64,000 nt of DNA, taken from contig CAWJTV010000033.1 in NCBI GenBank assembly GCA_963845755.1, forward strand, positions 96,001 through 160,000. The letters run 5' to 3'. The position numbers and the translations under genes were made by a program. Shown here piece by piece: positions 29,476 to 40,204 of the stretch. The DNA comes from an uncultured Planctomycetota bacterium (GTDB lineage: Bacteria > Planctomycetota > Planctomycetia > Isosphaerales > Isosphaeraceae). Position 1 is the first letter of the stretch. Each line of letters opens with the position of its first letter. The notes under the pieces are model-generated. The model worked only from the letters and a program-made list of their open reading frames with translations. It was not told the origin of the DNA and ran no database searches.

Positions 29476-32400
29476 ATGAGCACTACATCATTGACCGATA
29501 ACCTTCCGACCCCGTTCGAGCCGCTGAAGCACCAGCTCCTGGCGGCTGCGGAGGCGTTTGCCGATGATGCGCAGGCCCTGGCCGCGATCCTCGGCGGACT
29601 CGTCGACGATGTCGAGCGCGCCGGCCGCGAGCCGCTCGAGATCTTCCCGGTCTGCCACCACTCGCCATCGTCGGCCCTCCACATGGTCCGGAGACTCGCG
29701 GGCGCGCGCCGCGAGTCATCTTCATGGAGTGCTGCGAGGACCTACGTCCCGTGCTCGATGGGCTCCGCGAGTGCAAGCTACCCGTTGCGCTCCAGGCGTT
29801 CGCGTCGACGTCCGATGCCTTCCCATCCTCGTGGTTTCCGCTGAACCTCGTCTGCCCGCTGACGGAGTTCTCCGCCGAGTTCCAGGCGATCGCCTTCGCC
29901 CTGGAGGGTAAGGAGACGGAGCTGGTCTTCGTGGATCGTTCGGCCGACCACGTATTCCAGGGGATGCCGCGTGAAGACGATGCCGTCGAGAAGGCCATCC
30001 CGTCCCCGGCGGAACCCGACGACGAGGACGCCGCCATGCACGGCTCGGCGGTCGGGGTCGAGATCGGCGCCCTGGTCCCGACCTACGAGCGGTTTCGCCA
30101 GCTCCTGCTCAAGAACGCGAGAGTCAGCCATTTCAGCGAGTGGTGGGACCAGTACGTCGAGGAAGCGGTGATCGACGGCGATTATCCTTCGTACCGTCAG
30201 GTGATGTTCCTGATCGGCAGCCTGTTCCGTCGCCTGGGTTCCACCGCAGCCGACGTGGACCGTGACGAGCTTCGCGAGCGTCACATGTGGACGCGTATCA
30301 AGCAACACTTACGCGAGCGATCGGTGGATCCCCGCGACTGCATCTACATCTGCGGCGCGGCCCACTCTGCCAGCCGGGTCCCCGAGTTTGGGACCGACAA
30401 CGATGAGCTCTGGGAGATCCCGCCGCGAACCGACACCGCGTGGCTCTACGGTCTCATTCCCAGCAGCTACGGTGCGATCTGCCATCAGTTCGCTCATCCG
30501 CGTGGCGCCGTCACGCTCGCGGAGGCCCGCTGGCGCAGGAGTCTCGCGAAGCAGAGCCTGCGGGCCTTCTCGCTCAAGCCGCGCCGCCGGAAGGAAGACG
30601 AGTCCGAGCCCGACAGCGATGTCGCCAGTCGCGAGCCCAGGATCGAAACGAAAGAAGTCCGCACGCGCGGCAACGCCCGCATCCGTCGCCCCGCAGGAAT
30701 CGGCTTCGGCGGAGCCCGACGCTACGCGATTACTCGCCTATCTCCAGGGTCCGCCGGCGTCGCTCGAGACCGACGAGGAGCAGCTCCTGCACAACTGCGT
30801 GCGGATTGTCGAGCTGGCCCGACGGCACGGCTATCTCGCCTCGGCGGCCGACAGCATCGCCGTCTATCAGACCGCCATTCTCCTGGCCAACATGAGGAAC
30901 CGCCGCCATCCGACTCCCTACGACTTCCGCGACGCGGCGGCCACCTGCATCGAGAAGGAGGTCGTACCCGGCAAGCGCAGCGTCGCGCGGCTCTGCGACA
31001 TCCTGCTCGGCGGCGACAAGGTCGGCCAGATTGGGTTCGACTCGATGCCGCCCCTGGCGCGCGATGTCTACGAACGACTGGCCGACCTGCCGATCCAACT
31101 GACGGCGCGGACCATCCAGCGCGCCCTCCTGGATTTCCGCAAGCGACCCGATCTCTTGCCGTGCTCGAGGTTGCTCTGGAAGCTGAGATATTTGCTGCCG
31201 CAGGACGTGGTCCGGCCGATCATGGGCCAGCACCAGCTCGGGCATGTCCCTCAGCAGGAGAGCTGGGACGTCGCCATCGGCAAGAACCAGGGCTCCGTGA
31301 TCCAGCTCGGCTACGAGGGCGTCACGGTCGAGTATGTCCTCGAACGGCGGCTCAAGAAGGCCGCCTTCGGACCGGACGCACGGACGGCCGAGGCCCTCCG
31401 CGCCGCCGAGGACAGCCTCCTGTTCCTCGAGAGCGAGCGGCTGACCGAAGAGCTCGGTGAGCGCGCCGTCGAGTTGCTGGTGCGAGAGCCCGACGTCCAG
31501 CAGGCGCGCGAGATCCATGCCCGGGTCACCCGGCTGGTCCACTACTACCGGACCACCGAGGCGGGGCTGCCCGCCTGGACGAGGTCCTTCATCACGACCG
31601 GTTACTCGCATTATGCGACGCTCTTGCCGAACGCCTTCGCCGATCGCGGAGTGAACCCCGCCGATCTGGCGGCGATGCTCCAGTTCATCTTCACCCTGGA
31701 GAGCCTGGCGCTGTCGCTCGGCTGCGAGCGGAGCCAGCTCGTGATCGCCGTCCGGCAAGGTGCCCTGGTCGCGACCGACCCGCCCAAGCTCGCGCTCCTC
31801 TGGACGGCCGAGTGCGTGCTCCGGCTGCGCGACGTGGCCAGCCTTCGCAGCCATTTCGACGCACTGATCGACAACGAGCTGTTGCTCCCCACCCTCCCCG
31901 ACTACCTCGGCGGGTTCTTGCTGGCGCTGGCCTTCACTCCGATGGTCGCCGGCCTGACCGTCGAGCTGCTGAGCAAGGCGTTCGAGCGACTGCCCGACCG
32001 CCTCTTGATGCCCTGGCTGCCCAAGCTCCTGATGATGCTGCGCCCCCACGCCGCGACCGCCTTGCCGACCCTCGTCAAGGAGGCCGTCGCGCTCTTCCCG
32101 CCCGACCTGGACGCCCTGAACCGGTGGCAGCCGCCGTGGTATCGGCTCGTTGCAGGTCCCGAGGCTGGAACGTCCGTTGAGACGGTCGAAGCCATCACTT
32201 CGAGTTCGGTCCTCGAGCCGTCGCAGCAGGCAACGGCCTCGCTCCTGTCCGCTCATCCGGCGACGACCGACGCGCTCGCCGCCAATCTGGGCGTCCCCAT
32301 CCTCTGGGCGAAGCCACCGGTCACCGCGGTACCTGCTAGCCTGCGATCCGAGGCGCACGACGCCGTTCGTGCCCTTCTGCACCAATTCCCCTCGACGCCG

Positions 32401-32508
32401 CAGGCGATGCCCGAACTTCTGGCGCGGAGCTCGCCCAAACATCGAAAACTCCACGATGATGAGCGCGCGGTTCGTCGAACACCAATTACAATAAATGTTA
32501 ATTATTGA
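29476..32508 (+). CDS. DUF5682/YehM-like protein; frameshifts near 29700 and 30640
   Basis: IFPVCHHSPSSA, EWWDQYVE, RERHMW, ICGAAH, GYLASAADSIA, LANMRNR and LLGGDKVGQ motifs across ORFs 29476..29844, 29724..31460 and 30262..32508. Confidence 0.75.
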
Positions 32509-32555
32509 ATATATTATTTACTTTACTGACGCCGATGATACTAGTGTACGGACGC

Positions 32556-32579
32556 TCCACCTGTTATTCCACCTGTTAT
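32556..32579. repeat. 12-bp tandem duplication TCCACCTGTTAT x2, after an AT-rich patch
   Basis: Seen directly; the AT-rich stretch is at 32484-32527. Confidence 0.6.
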
Positions 32580-32701
32580 CAGGTGCACGGCCCTCGGGAG
32601 CGTCGCCCTCGGATCGTGCCCGCGCCGGCGGGTGCCCCGGTGTGCACAACGCATTCGTGGGGCGCTCGCTGATCGCCGCTGGTGCATCGGTCGATCCGCG
32701 A

Positions 32702-34525
32702 TCATGAGCGCGTGGCTTGATAGTCCGTCCACATGCGAAGCGCCTCGTGGGCCGTCTCGGTCGTCAGCCGATCGTCGTTGTGGCTGAGCGCGCGGAGAGA
32801 TTCATCGAAGCGCCGGTTCGCCATTCGCAGATAGAGCTCGGCGGCCGACCTCTCCGCAGGCGTGGCCCGATTCAGGGCCTCGGAGCGATCCCAGCGCGCG
32901 AGCGTACACGCGGACGTGACCAGCGCGATGGCGGCGTCGGCAACCCGCTCCTGGATGTACTGCTGCTCGAGGATCGCTTCGCGATGGGCGATCAGGAGCC
33001 GCTCGACCGACCGACCGAAGCGCGCGACTCGGCGGGCCAGCGCCTCGGCCATCGGCCGGAGCATCCGCGTGGCCACTGGGACCGTGGGTGTCCGGACCAT
33101 CCGCCCGAAGTGGTCGCGAGTGAAGTTCCAGAAGGTCGGGAGGAACGTGCTGGGGCGCTTGAGGCCGTCGAGGGTCGACTTGAGCCCCTCGGCGATATCG
33201 CGCATGCCAACCAGGGCGATGAATGCCTTGAGGACCTCGTTGGCCCCTTCGCCGATGGTATTGATCCGAGCATCGCGCATCATTCGCTCGTAGGGCTCGT
33301 CGCTGAAGTAGCCCTGACCGCCATGGACCTGGAGGGTCTCGTAAACGCCCTGCCAGAGGACCTCGGTGGAAAAGACCTTGAGGATCGCGGTCTCCAGCAT
33401 ATAGTCCTCGGCACCCCGATCGATCAAGGCGGCCGTCTGATAGGTCGTCGCCTCCATGGCATAGGCCGTGGCGGCCAGGTACGCAATCTTCTTCTTGATC
33501 AGCTCGAGGTCGGCGAGCGGCCGGCCGAACTGATGTCGGCGCGCGGCGTGGCGCGCGGCGGTGGCAAGGCAGACCTTGGCCGATCCGGTGCAACTGGCGC
33601 CGAACGTGGTGCGGCCGAAGTCCAGGACGGTCAGGGCGACCTTGAGCCCTTTGCCCAGCGGTCCGAGGATGTGCGAGGCCGGGACGGGCATGTCGTGGAA
33701 GGCCAGCTTCGCCGTGGCCGTGCCCCGAATGCCGCACTTGGGCATGCGGGCCTCGACCACCTCGAAACCGGGCATATCCGGCGTGACCAGGAAGGCTGTG
33801 ACCTTCGAGTCGCCGCCGCGCGGATCCGGCGTGCGCGCCATCACAGTCAAGACGCCGGCGATGGCGCCGTTGGTGATGTATCGCTTGGTCCCGTTCAGGA
33901 TGTAGGTCTGGCCGTCCTCGGAGGGCCGCGCCGTGGTCTGGACGTTGCTCGCGTCCGAGCCTGCCTGTTCCTCGGTCAGGGCGAACGCCGCGAGCGTCTC
34001 GCCGCTGGCCAGCGAGGGCAACCAGCGCGCCTTCTGCTCCGGCGTCCCGAAGAGAACCAGAGCCCGAAGGCCGATCGAGTGGTGGGCATTGACGAATACG
34101 GCCGTGGCGGCGCAATGGCCGCCGATGACTTCCATGATCCGGCAGTAGCCCATCTGGGAGAAGCCGCGGCCGCCAAACTCCACGGGCGCGGCCATTCCGA
34201 GGACCCCTAGCCCGGCCAGACCCTGGATCACCGAAGGCGGGATATCGGCCTCGCGATCGATGGCCGCGGCGTCGATGTGGGCATCCGCGAACGCCTTGAC
34301 CTCCGATACAGCCTGCTCGACCGCCGGCCGTTCGTGCTCGGTCAGGTCGGGGTAGGGGAAGAGCGAATCGCCCCGGAACTGGCCCCGGAACAGGGCCTTG
34401 GCGAACCCGATGGTCGACGGGCCCGAAAAGAGCAGTTCCTCCGCCTGACGGACCTGCTTGGCTCGCAGTGACTCGTCGTGATCCGGCATCGCGGGACGGT
34501 CGGGTGCCGAGGTCGTTACCGCCAT
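32702..34525 (-). CDS. Acyl-CoA dehydrogenase (long, VLCAD/ACAD9-like)
   Basis: AFALTEEQAGSDA, LNGTKRYITNG, GIRGTAT, QVHGGQGY and INTIGEGANE. Confidence 0.93.
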   Translation of the reverse strand: MAVTTSAPDRPAMPDHDESLRAKQVRQAEELLFSGPSTIGFAKALFRGQFRGDSLFPYPDLTEHERPAVEQAVSEVKAFADAHIDAAAIDREADIPPSVIQGLAGLGVLGMAAPVEFGGRGFSQMGYCRIMEVIGGHCAATAVFVNAHHSIGLRALVLFGTPEQKARWLPSLASGETLAAFALTEEQAGSDASNVQTTARPSEDGQTYILNGTKRYITNGAIAGVLTVMARTPDPRGGDSKVTAFLVTPDMPGFEVVEARMPKCGIRGTATAKLAFHDMPVPASHILGPLGKGLKVALTVLDFGRTTFGASCTGSAKVCLATAARHAARRHQFGRPLADLELIKKKIAYLAATAYAMEATTYQTAALIDRGAEDYMLETAILKVFSTEVLWQGVYETLQVHGGQGYFSDEPYERMMRDARINTIGEGANEVLKAFIALVGMRDIAEGLKSTLDGLKRPSTFLPTFWNFTRDHFGRMVRTPTVPVATRMLRPMAEALARRVARFGRSVERLLIAHREAILEQQYIQERVADAAIALVTSACTLARWDRSEALNRATPAERSAAELYLRMANRRFDESLRALSHNDDRLTTETAHEALRMWTDYQATRS

Positions 34526-34648
34526 GGCCGTGGTCTCCTTCCTCGTTGTCGCGACTCGAATCGAGAGGAGCGTGCGACGATCTCCGCACCTCTCCAGGAA
34601 TTGTAGGACCGGCCCCGCCGAAGAGAAGCCGTCCAGCCCGGCCAGCGA

Positions 34649-35081
34649 TCATACCTCTTCCGCAGGATCCTTCTTCGTTTCGGCCGGTGCAGGGACTCGA
34701 CCCTGGGGCCGCCACCGGTAGCCTCCATCCTTGCCGACCCAGAATGCGATGACGGTTCCGATGACGATCATGAGCAATGTGACGGGACTCTTGTCCGTCA
34801 AGTGGGCGACCATGAATGAGAAGCTGTTGTCCGCCAGGAAATGATGGAACTTCCATTCCGTGAACAGGGACAACCCCAGTGCGCCCAGCGCCGCACAGGA
34901 CTCCGCGCGTGACCGAGCTATGTTGCGCGAGCAGGCCGCAGCCCAATCCCAGGAACGCCCCGGGTATGGCCAGGCCGTAGAATCCTTTGTCCTCGAGCCA
35001 GGCGAAGGTGTAGAATCCCAGCACGCCGCCGATGATTGCACCGACGAGACCCAATACATTGCTGATCAGAAGCCTCCGCAT
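34649..35081 (-). CDS. Small membrane protein; one frameshift near 34890
   Basis: Four Gly-rich hydrophobic segments: MRRLLISNVLGLVGAIIGG... joined to ...LLMIVIGTVIAFWVG. Confidence 0.65.
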
Positions 35082-35150
35082 GCTCTCGGCTCCCATTACC
35101 GGACCCGATGCGCCGTGCTCCCAATTGCCCGATCATAACTTCAGAACGAG

Positions 35151-36044
35151 GTGATGGCCATGTCTTCCCCGGCCTCCCGGGTTTCCTGGCGACGCGAGCG
35201 CGACGATCGCGGGGTCTGGACATTGTGGTTCGATCAGGCCGGACGATCGTACAACGTGCTCGACCGCCCCGCTATCGATGAGCTGGAGTCGCATCTGGCC
35301 GATGCGGAGGCTGATCCTGCGATTGCCGGTCTCATCCTGAGGGGAGGAAGGCCCGGCGGCTTCTGCGCGGGTGCCGACCTCAAGACGGTCCTGGCCTGCC
35401 GGACGATGACCGAGGTGGAACAGCTACTCCGGCGGGGATTGACGGTCCTCGACCGCCTGTCGTCGGTCCCGGTCCCCACGCTCGCGGTCATCCACGGCGT
35501 CTGTCTCGGCGGCGGCCTGGAGCTGGCCCTGGCCTGCCGTCGGCGCGTCGCCCTCGCCTCCGCGGAGCCGCTCCAGGTCGGATTGCCGGAAGTGCATTTC
35601 GGATTGGTCCCCGCCTGGGGCGGGATCACCCGGCTTCCCCGGCTCATCGATCCCGACGATGCTCTCGACCTCCTGGTCTCGGGCCGATCGATCGGATATC
35701 TCCGCGCGCGGTCCCTCGGCCTGGTCGATCGGCTGGCTGCCGAGGGCGATCCGGTCGAACCGCGCGACTGGCTGGAGTCGACCGGGCGTCTGGAACGAGC
35801 TCCCTCGGTCGAGGCCTGGGAGTCTGCTCTGGAACGGGCTCGCGCCCAGATCCTTGACCAACCCGGCCAGCATCCGGACGCCCAGGAACGGATCCTGTCC
35901 ATCGTCGAGGTCGACATGGGCCAAGGCCAGGAGACCGCGCGCCAGGCCGCGATCGCAGCGTTCGCGGAACTGGCCCTGTCGGAAGATGTTCGTGAATCGA
36001 TCGCCTCGTTCCTCCAACGCGGTCGCGGGCCATCTAGCCATTGA
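35151..36044 (+). CDS. Enoyl-CoA hydratase/isomerase (FadJ N-terminal-like)
   Basis: FCAGADL, GVCLGGGLELALAC and GLPEVHFGLVPAWGG. Confidence 0.9.
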   Translation: MMAMSSPASRVSWRRERDDRGVWTLWFDQAGRSYNVLDRPAIDELESHLADAEADPAIAGLILRGGRPGGFCAGADLKTVLACRTMTEVEQLLRRGLTVLDRLSSVPVPTLAVIHGVCLGGGLELALACRRRVALASAEPLQVGLPEVHFGLVPAWGGITRLPRLIDPDDALDLLVSGRSIGYLRARSLGLVDRLAAEGDPVEPRDWLESTGRLERAPSVEAWESALERARAQILDQPGQHPDAQERILSIVEVDMGQGQETARQAAIAAFAELALSEDVRESIASFLQRGRGPSSH

Positions 36045-36114
36045 CAACGATCGCGCCGCGGTCGAGCAGAGAGTAGTGCCGGCACAGGCGGCTGGACACG
36101 AGACGTGTCGCAGT

Positions 36115-36837
36115 TCAGTCACATCCGATATCGATCACGGGCGCTCTTCCGATGGCCGATTCGATCAGATGACGGACGAGGTTGAACCAACGCGGGCCCG
36201 CGTCGAGAATCGCGCTGTCGGCCGTCGCGACGATCTCGGTCGATCGCTTCAGGATCGGGTCCGGATTATCCACCAGCTCGACCGGCCAATCGCACGATCG
36301 TTCGGCGGCGTTCTGGCGGACCAGCGTCCCGATGCGCCCGCTATTGGAGACTGGCCGATCGAAGAACCAGCGGGCCCGGCGGACACCGAGACCGGCGAGC
36401 CCGGCCCCCAGGATCTCGAGGGACGGCAGGGTCTCGGCGACCCGTCGATAGGTCCCATGGACTCCCGCCAGGTCGCGGTAAGCCCCATCCCGGCAGCGCA
36501 GGACCACCCCGCCACCCAGCCAGGTCTCGATCGTCGTCACCACGTTGAATCCATCGATCCATAGCTCAACACCGGCGAGTTCGGCCGCCGCACGTTCGCC
36601 GGCCCGGCGGCGGATCCGTGCCTCGTCCGAACAGGCCGATCGCCGCACGGCCATCCGCTGCCGCTCGGTGAGGCTCCAGCGATCGCCGACCAGCTTCAAA
36701 GCAGAGACCGGCGCATAGCCCCGGCTCAGCAGCCAGGACAGGTCGAGCACCGCCGTGCGCAAGGCCGGCAGGCTCGACGGTCCGAAGGAATCCGCGTCGC
36801 GGGGGTCGGGGCCGCGATGTGTTCGAGTATCGGGCAC
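36115..36837 (-). CDS. DUF434 domain protein
   Basis: HRGPDPRD...DLSWLLSRGY...LVGDR, IDGFNV, DGAYRDLA, DRPVSNSG and ATADSAIL; GTG start. Confidence 0.85.
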   Translation of the reverse strand: MPDTRTHRGPDPRDADSFGPSSLPALRTAVLDLSWLLSRGYAPVSALKLVGDRWSLTERQRMAVRRSACSDEARIRRRAGERAAAELAGVELWIDGFNVVTTIETWLGGGVVLRCRDGAYRDLAGVHGTYRRVAETLPSLEILGAGLAGLGVRRARWFFDRPVSNSGRIGTLVRQNAAERSCDWPVELVDNPDPILKRSTEIVATADSAILDAGPRWFNLVRHLIESAIGRAPVIDIGCD

Positions 36838-36998
36838 CGCTCGCTGACCTTGATCGTCACCCTGATGCCGTTGTCGGCGCCAACGAGAGACGGATTCCAG
36901 GTTCACGATTCTGGAATCACCCCTATCTCGAACGTTGAGCCTTGGATTTGAGATTCCCAATCAGACGCTCACGACGCCGAGGGCGACGGAGGGAAACA

Positions 36999-37472
36999 CT
37001 AACGCTGGTACGTCCCCATCAGCTCCCCCTGCGCGAGGATATGCCCCTTCATCGCCTTGAGCAAGCCCGCCTTGTCCAGGCCCTCGGGGAGCTCGAGCCC
37101 TCGATCGAGGGCGTACAACCGGAAAACGTAGCGATGCATGCCGTGCCCTTTTGGCGGAGCCGGTCCCTGGTAGCCGAGCGAATCCCACGAATTCCTGCCC
37201 TGGATGGATCCCAGGGGAGCCTTCGGCCGCGTCATCGGTGGCACACCTTCCATCAGTCCTTCCTGGGTCGCGGGCAACTTGTAGATGACCCAATGAACCC
37301 ACGGCTCGGTGGTCGGTGCGTCGGGATCGTTGACGATCATCGCCAGTTCCCGCGTCGCGGCCGGCAAGCCCTCCCAGGAGAGGGGCGGTGAGAGGTCCTC
37401 GCCGTCACCCGTATGGCGGCGCGGGATGGATGCTCCTCCCGCAAATGCGGCACTTTGCAACGTGATGCTCAT
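36999..37472 (-). CDS. YbhB/YbcL family (PEBP/RKIP-like) protein
   Basis: DLSPPLSW, DPDAP, WVHWV and GPAPPKGHGMHRYVF. Confidence 0.92.
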   Translation of the reverse strand: MSITLQSAAFAGGASIPRRHTGDGEDLSPPLSWEGLPAATRELAMIVNDPDAPTTEPWVHWVIYKLPATQEGLMEGVPPMTRPKAPLGSIQGRNSWDSLGYQGPAPPKGHGMHRYVFRLYALDRGLELPEGLDKAGLLKAMKGHILAQGELMGTYQR

Positions 37473-37730
37473 GCTGCCCTCCCGTGTAACTTCACCACGC
37501 CAACCAATCGTCCGTTCGGTGGATCAAGCCATGCGACTACCCATCGCCCTCAGTTTCGGAATTCGCTCGTCCAAAGACAACCCCTTGACCCGGGATTGTC
37601 GTGTCCGCACGCGCAATCTGGCCTTGAACCAAAGGGCATTCCCTGGCATCTTGCCGCCGCGGGAGCGTCCCGATCTCCGCGGGGCGGATGGTCCGAATCG
37701 AAACCAGCCGCGACCATTGAGGATCCCCAG

Positions 37731-38651
37731 ATGCGTCCGATACTCTTCGTGCTTCTGGGGTCCGGTCTCCGGATCCACAGTTATGGAGTCATGATCTTCG
37801 CCGCCTGTGCGGCGGCGCTGATGATGGCCGTCTGGCGCGCTCGCCGGGAGAAGGTCGATCCCAACGCGGTTTACGAGCTGGCGACCTGGCTGTTCCTCGG
37901 CGGTGTGATCGGAGCACGGGCGTTTTACTTCGTCCAGCATCCTGAGGTGCTTCATGAACCGAGTGATCTCTTCCGTACCTGGCAAGGGGGAAATGTCTTC
38001 TATGGATGCATCCTCGGCGGGTTGACGGGCTCGATCCTCTACTGGCTCCGCCGGCCGTTCCCGTTCTGGCGGATGGCGGACGCGGTCGCGCCGGCGGTGG
38101 CGATCGGGGCCGCGCTGGGCCGCATCGGTTGCTTCCTCAACGGCTGTTGCCATGGTGCGATCTGCGATCTGCCCTGGGCCGTGCGGTTTCCCGCCGGCTC
38201 CCATGCCTGGGCCCGCCAGGTGAATGACGGACTCATCTCGACCGAGGCTCGCCTGTCGCTGCCCGTCCATCCCACGCAACTCTATTCCGCCCTGGCTGGC
38301 TCTGTCGTCGTGGGGTTGCTCCTGCTCTACGCACGCCGGGATCGATCTCCGGGCAAGGTCATGGCACTCTTGATGATCGCCTACTCCGTGACCCGTTGGC
38401 CGATCGAAGCGCTGCGTAGCGACGAGCCGGTTGTCTTCGCCGGAATGACCTGGTCGCAGAACATCAGCGCGGCTCTCATCGTCGGCGGCCTGGCCGTCTG
38501 GTTCAGCCGTCGGCAGCCTGCGAGCGGAGAGCTCGAAGGAACGCCAACCCTCTCGACCCGGACCGACGTGGACGCGACCTCCATCGCGCTCAATCGGGGA
38601 CGCCGGCACGCAAGGAACCCCAGCCAGGTTACCGGCGATCATTTCCGCTGA
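37731..38651 (+). CDS. lgt: Prolipoprotein diacylglyceryl transferase
   Basis: HSYGVM, IGARAFY, GGNVFYG, GRIGCFLNGCC and HPTQLY; start at ATG 37731. Confidence 0.88.
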   Translation: MRPILFVLLGSGLRIHSYGVMIFAACAAALMMAVWRARREKVDPNAVYELATWLFLGGVIGARAFYFVQHPEVLHEPSDLFRTWQGGNVFYGCILGGLTGSILYWLRRPFPFWRMADAVAPAVAIGAALGRIGCFLNGCCHGAICDLPWAVRFPAGSHAWARQVNDGLISTEARLSLPVHPTQLYSALAGSVVVGLLLLYARRDRSPGKVMALLMIAYSVTRWPIEALRSDEPVVFAGMTWSQNISAALIVGGLAVWFSRRQPASGELEGTPTLSTRTDVDATSIALNRGRRHARNPSQVTGDHFR

Positions 38652-40055
38652 TCGGGAACCGGACGATCCGGCGTGGCCTCGGCGGGCGACGCAACGGGTT
38701 GGTTCGCGTCCTCGCCGGCCGGCCGGGAACCGGGAGTCGCCGGCCTGTCGAACTGGCGGCGGTGGGGGGTACGGATAAAACGGCGTCCGGTCGAACAGAT
38801 TCCGGGGACGGAGATCCATGCCGCTCCACATGATCGGGGCCGAGCCCGCCCAGGCATCGTCACCCGGCCAATACCGACGACCCGCGCCCGGCATGCCGTC
38901 CTCGTTCCTCGGCTCATGGTGCACGGCCGAGTTGCACCACAGGACGATGTCGGCCTGTTCGATCACCTCCTCATCCTTGACGATGTTCGGCAAGTTGACG
39001 AACAGGTACTCCAGCGGCCGATCGGAATGAGACCGGCTGACCCAGAGGTCGTGGTGCGTGAACGGCTCGCGGTGCCGCGGCGTGCCGTAGCGGAGCGGCA
39101 TCAGGTCGTAGGCGATCGTCTGGCCGCGCGCGTTCTTCTTGTCCGACTCGACCCGGATCATCGTGAATTCCTTGGGATCCCAGTCGACTCCACCCTCCAT
39201 CCCGCCGTTGAACGGCTCCTTCACATCCTCGGCGGCCAGGCTGGCGGGGTCCTCCACATGTTTCATGAGCATGGCGGAGTTCTTCCGGGCATCGAACAGG
39301 TCAATATCGATGCGCCAGTGGGCGCTGTGGACGTGGGCCTCATACCGCTGGCCGGGCAGGTTCTGTCCCGTCGCCCCAACCCGAAACGCGATGGTCCCGT
39401 CGTCGTGAAAGGAGTAGGACATCAGATACATGTAATTCCCGGCCTCGAGGGCACCCCAGAGGACCAGTTCCCGACCCCGACGAACGCCGTGGGCGTAATC
39501 CTTCCAGGCGATGCCCCGGTCGCGCACTTCCTTCACGACCGTCGGGTAGGTGTCCCCCTGGAACGCGGGCATGAGCGTGCCGAAGGGGCCGGCATCCTCG
39601 GCCTTGACCTCGGCCATCGGGAACGAGAAGCTGGTCAGGTCGAGAAAGCGCACGTAGCTGTGCTGGTGGTAGGGGACGAACAGCTCGGCAACTCGCGCGT
39701 CGTTGAGGATCTTGATCCAGTCCTCTCCCAGGTCGCGCTTGAACCACGCCCCCGTGATGTAGAGGCCCTTGTGCACGCCCCGGGTGTAGTGGACCTTCCA
39801 GGCCGTCCCCTTGCGTGGCTCCACGCCACCCGATTCGCTGAACAAGAACTCGGCAGTCACCTCCTGGGACGGCGGATCGACGGGCACCGGTCGCCGGAAG
39901 TATGGCTGTGCCGAGGCCGTGGCTGCGCCGATCACCGCGTACCACCAAAGCGCCAGGAACAGAGCCGGGCGGATTGGGCGAAAGACCACGGCACGCGCCG
40001 GATGCGCGGAGAGAGCAACAACAGACACGGAGTTCTCCTCCTCAACAGGGTGCAC
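38639..40055 (-). CDS. Copper amine oxidase-like catalytic-domain protein (secreted); C-terminal frameshift
   Basis: ELFVPY, GNYMY (TPQ consensus N-Y-x-Y), FHDDGTI, HVHSAHWRIDIDL, DIVLW, HHEPRNED and LRPRNLFDRTP. ORF 37524..40055 reads through antisense to lgt because of an indel. Confidence 0.75.
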
Positions 40056-40060
40056 ACGGC

Positions 40061-40185
40061 AGCCCCCAGGGTTTCACCCTGGGATGAGCGCCGCCGGCCA
40101 ATGGGGCCGGGGGGAATCGGGCCGGCCCGACTCGGCTTCAGCGGCATGAGGGGCCGCGGGAACAGAGCCCCGGGGAAACCCGGGG
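40061..40185. repeat. Two REP-like hairpins
   Basis: CCCAGGGT-TTC-ACCCTGGG (40065-40083) and CCCCGGG-GAAA-CCCGGGG (40168-40185), each preceded by AG. Confidence 0.55.
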
Positions 40186-40204
40186 TCCACAGCGGAGCGA
40201 GATT

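Noticed and set aside
30730..32454. 574-aa - strand ORF
   Set aside because: Antisense shadow of the DUF5682-like gene.
32802..35096. 764-aa - strand ORF overlapping the acyl-CoA dehydrogenase
   Set aside because: A frameshifted small membrane gene running into an alternative frame of the dehydrogenase.
37524..38638. C-terminal extension of the 843-aa amine oxidase ORF
   Set aside because: Read-through antisense to lgt caused by an indel near 38750; not a real fusion.
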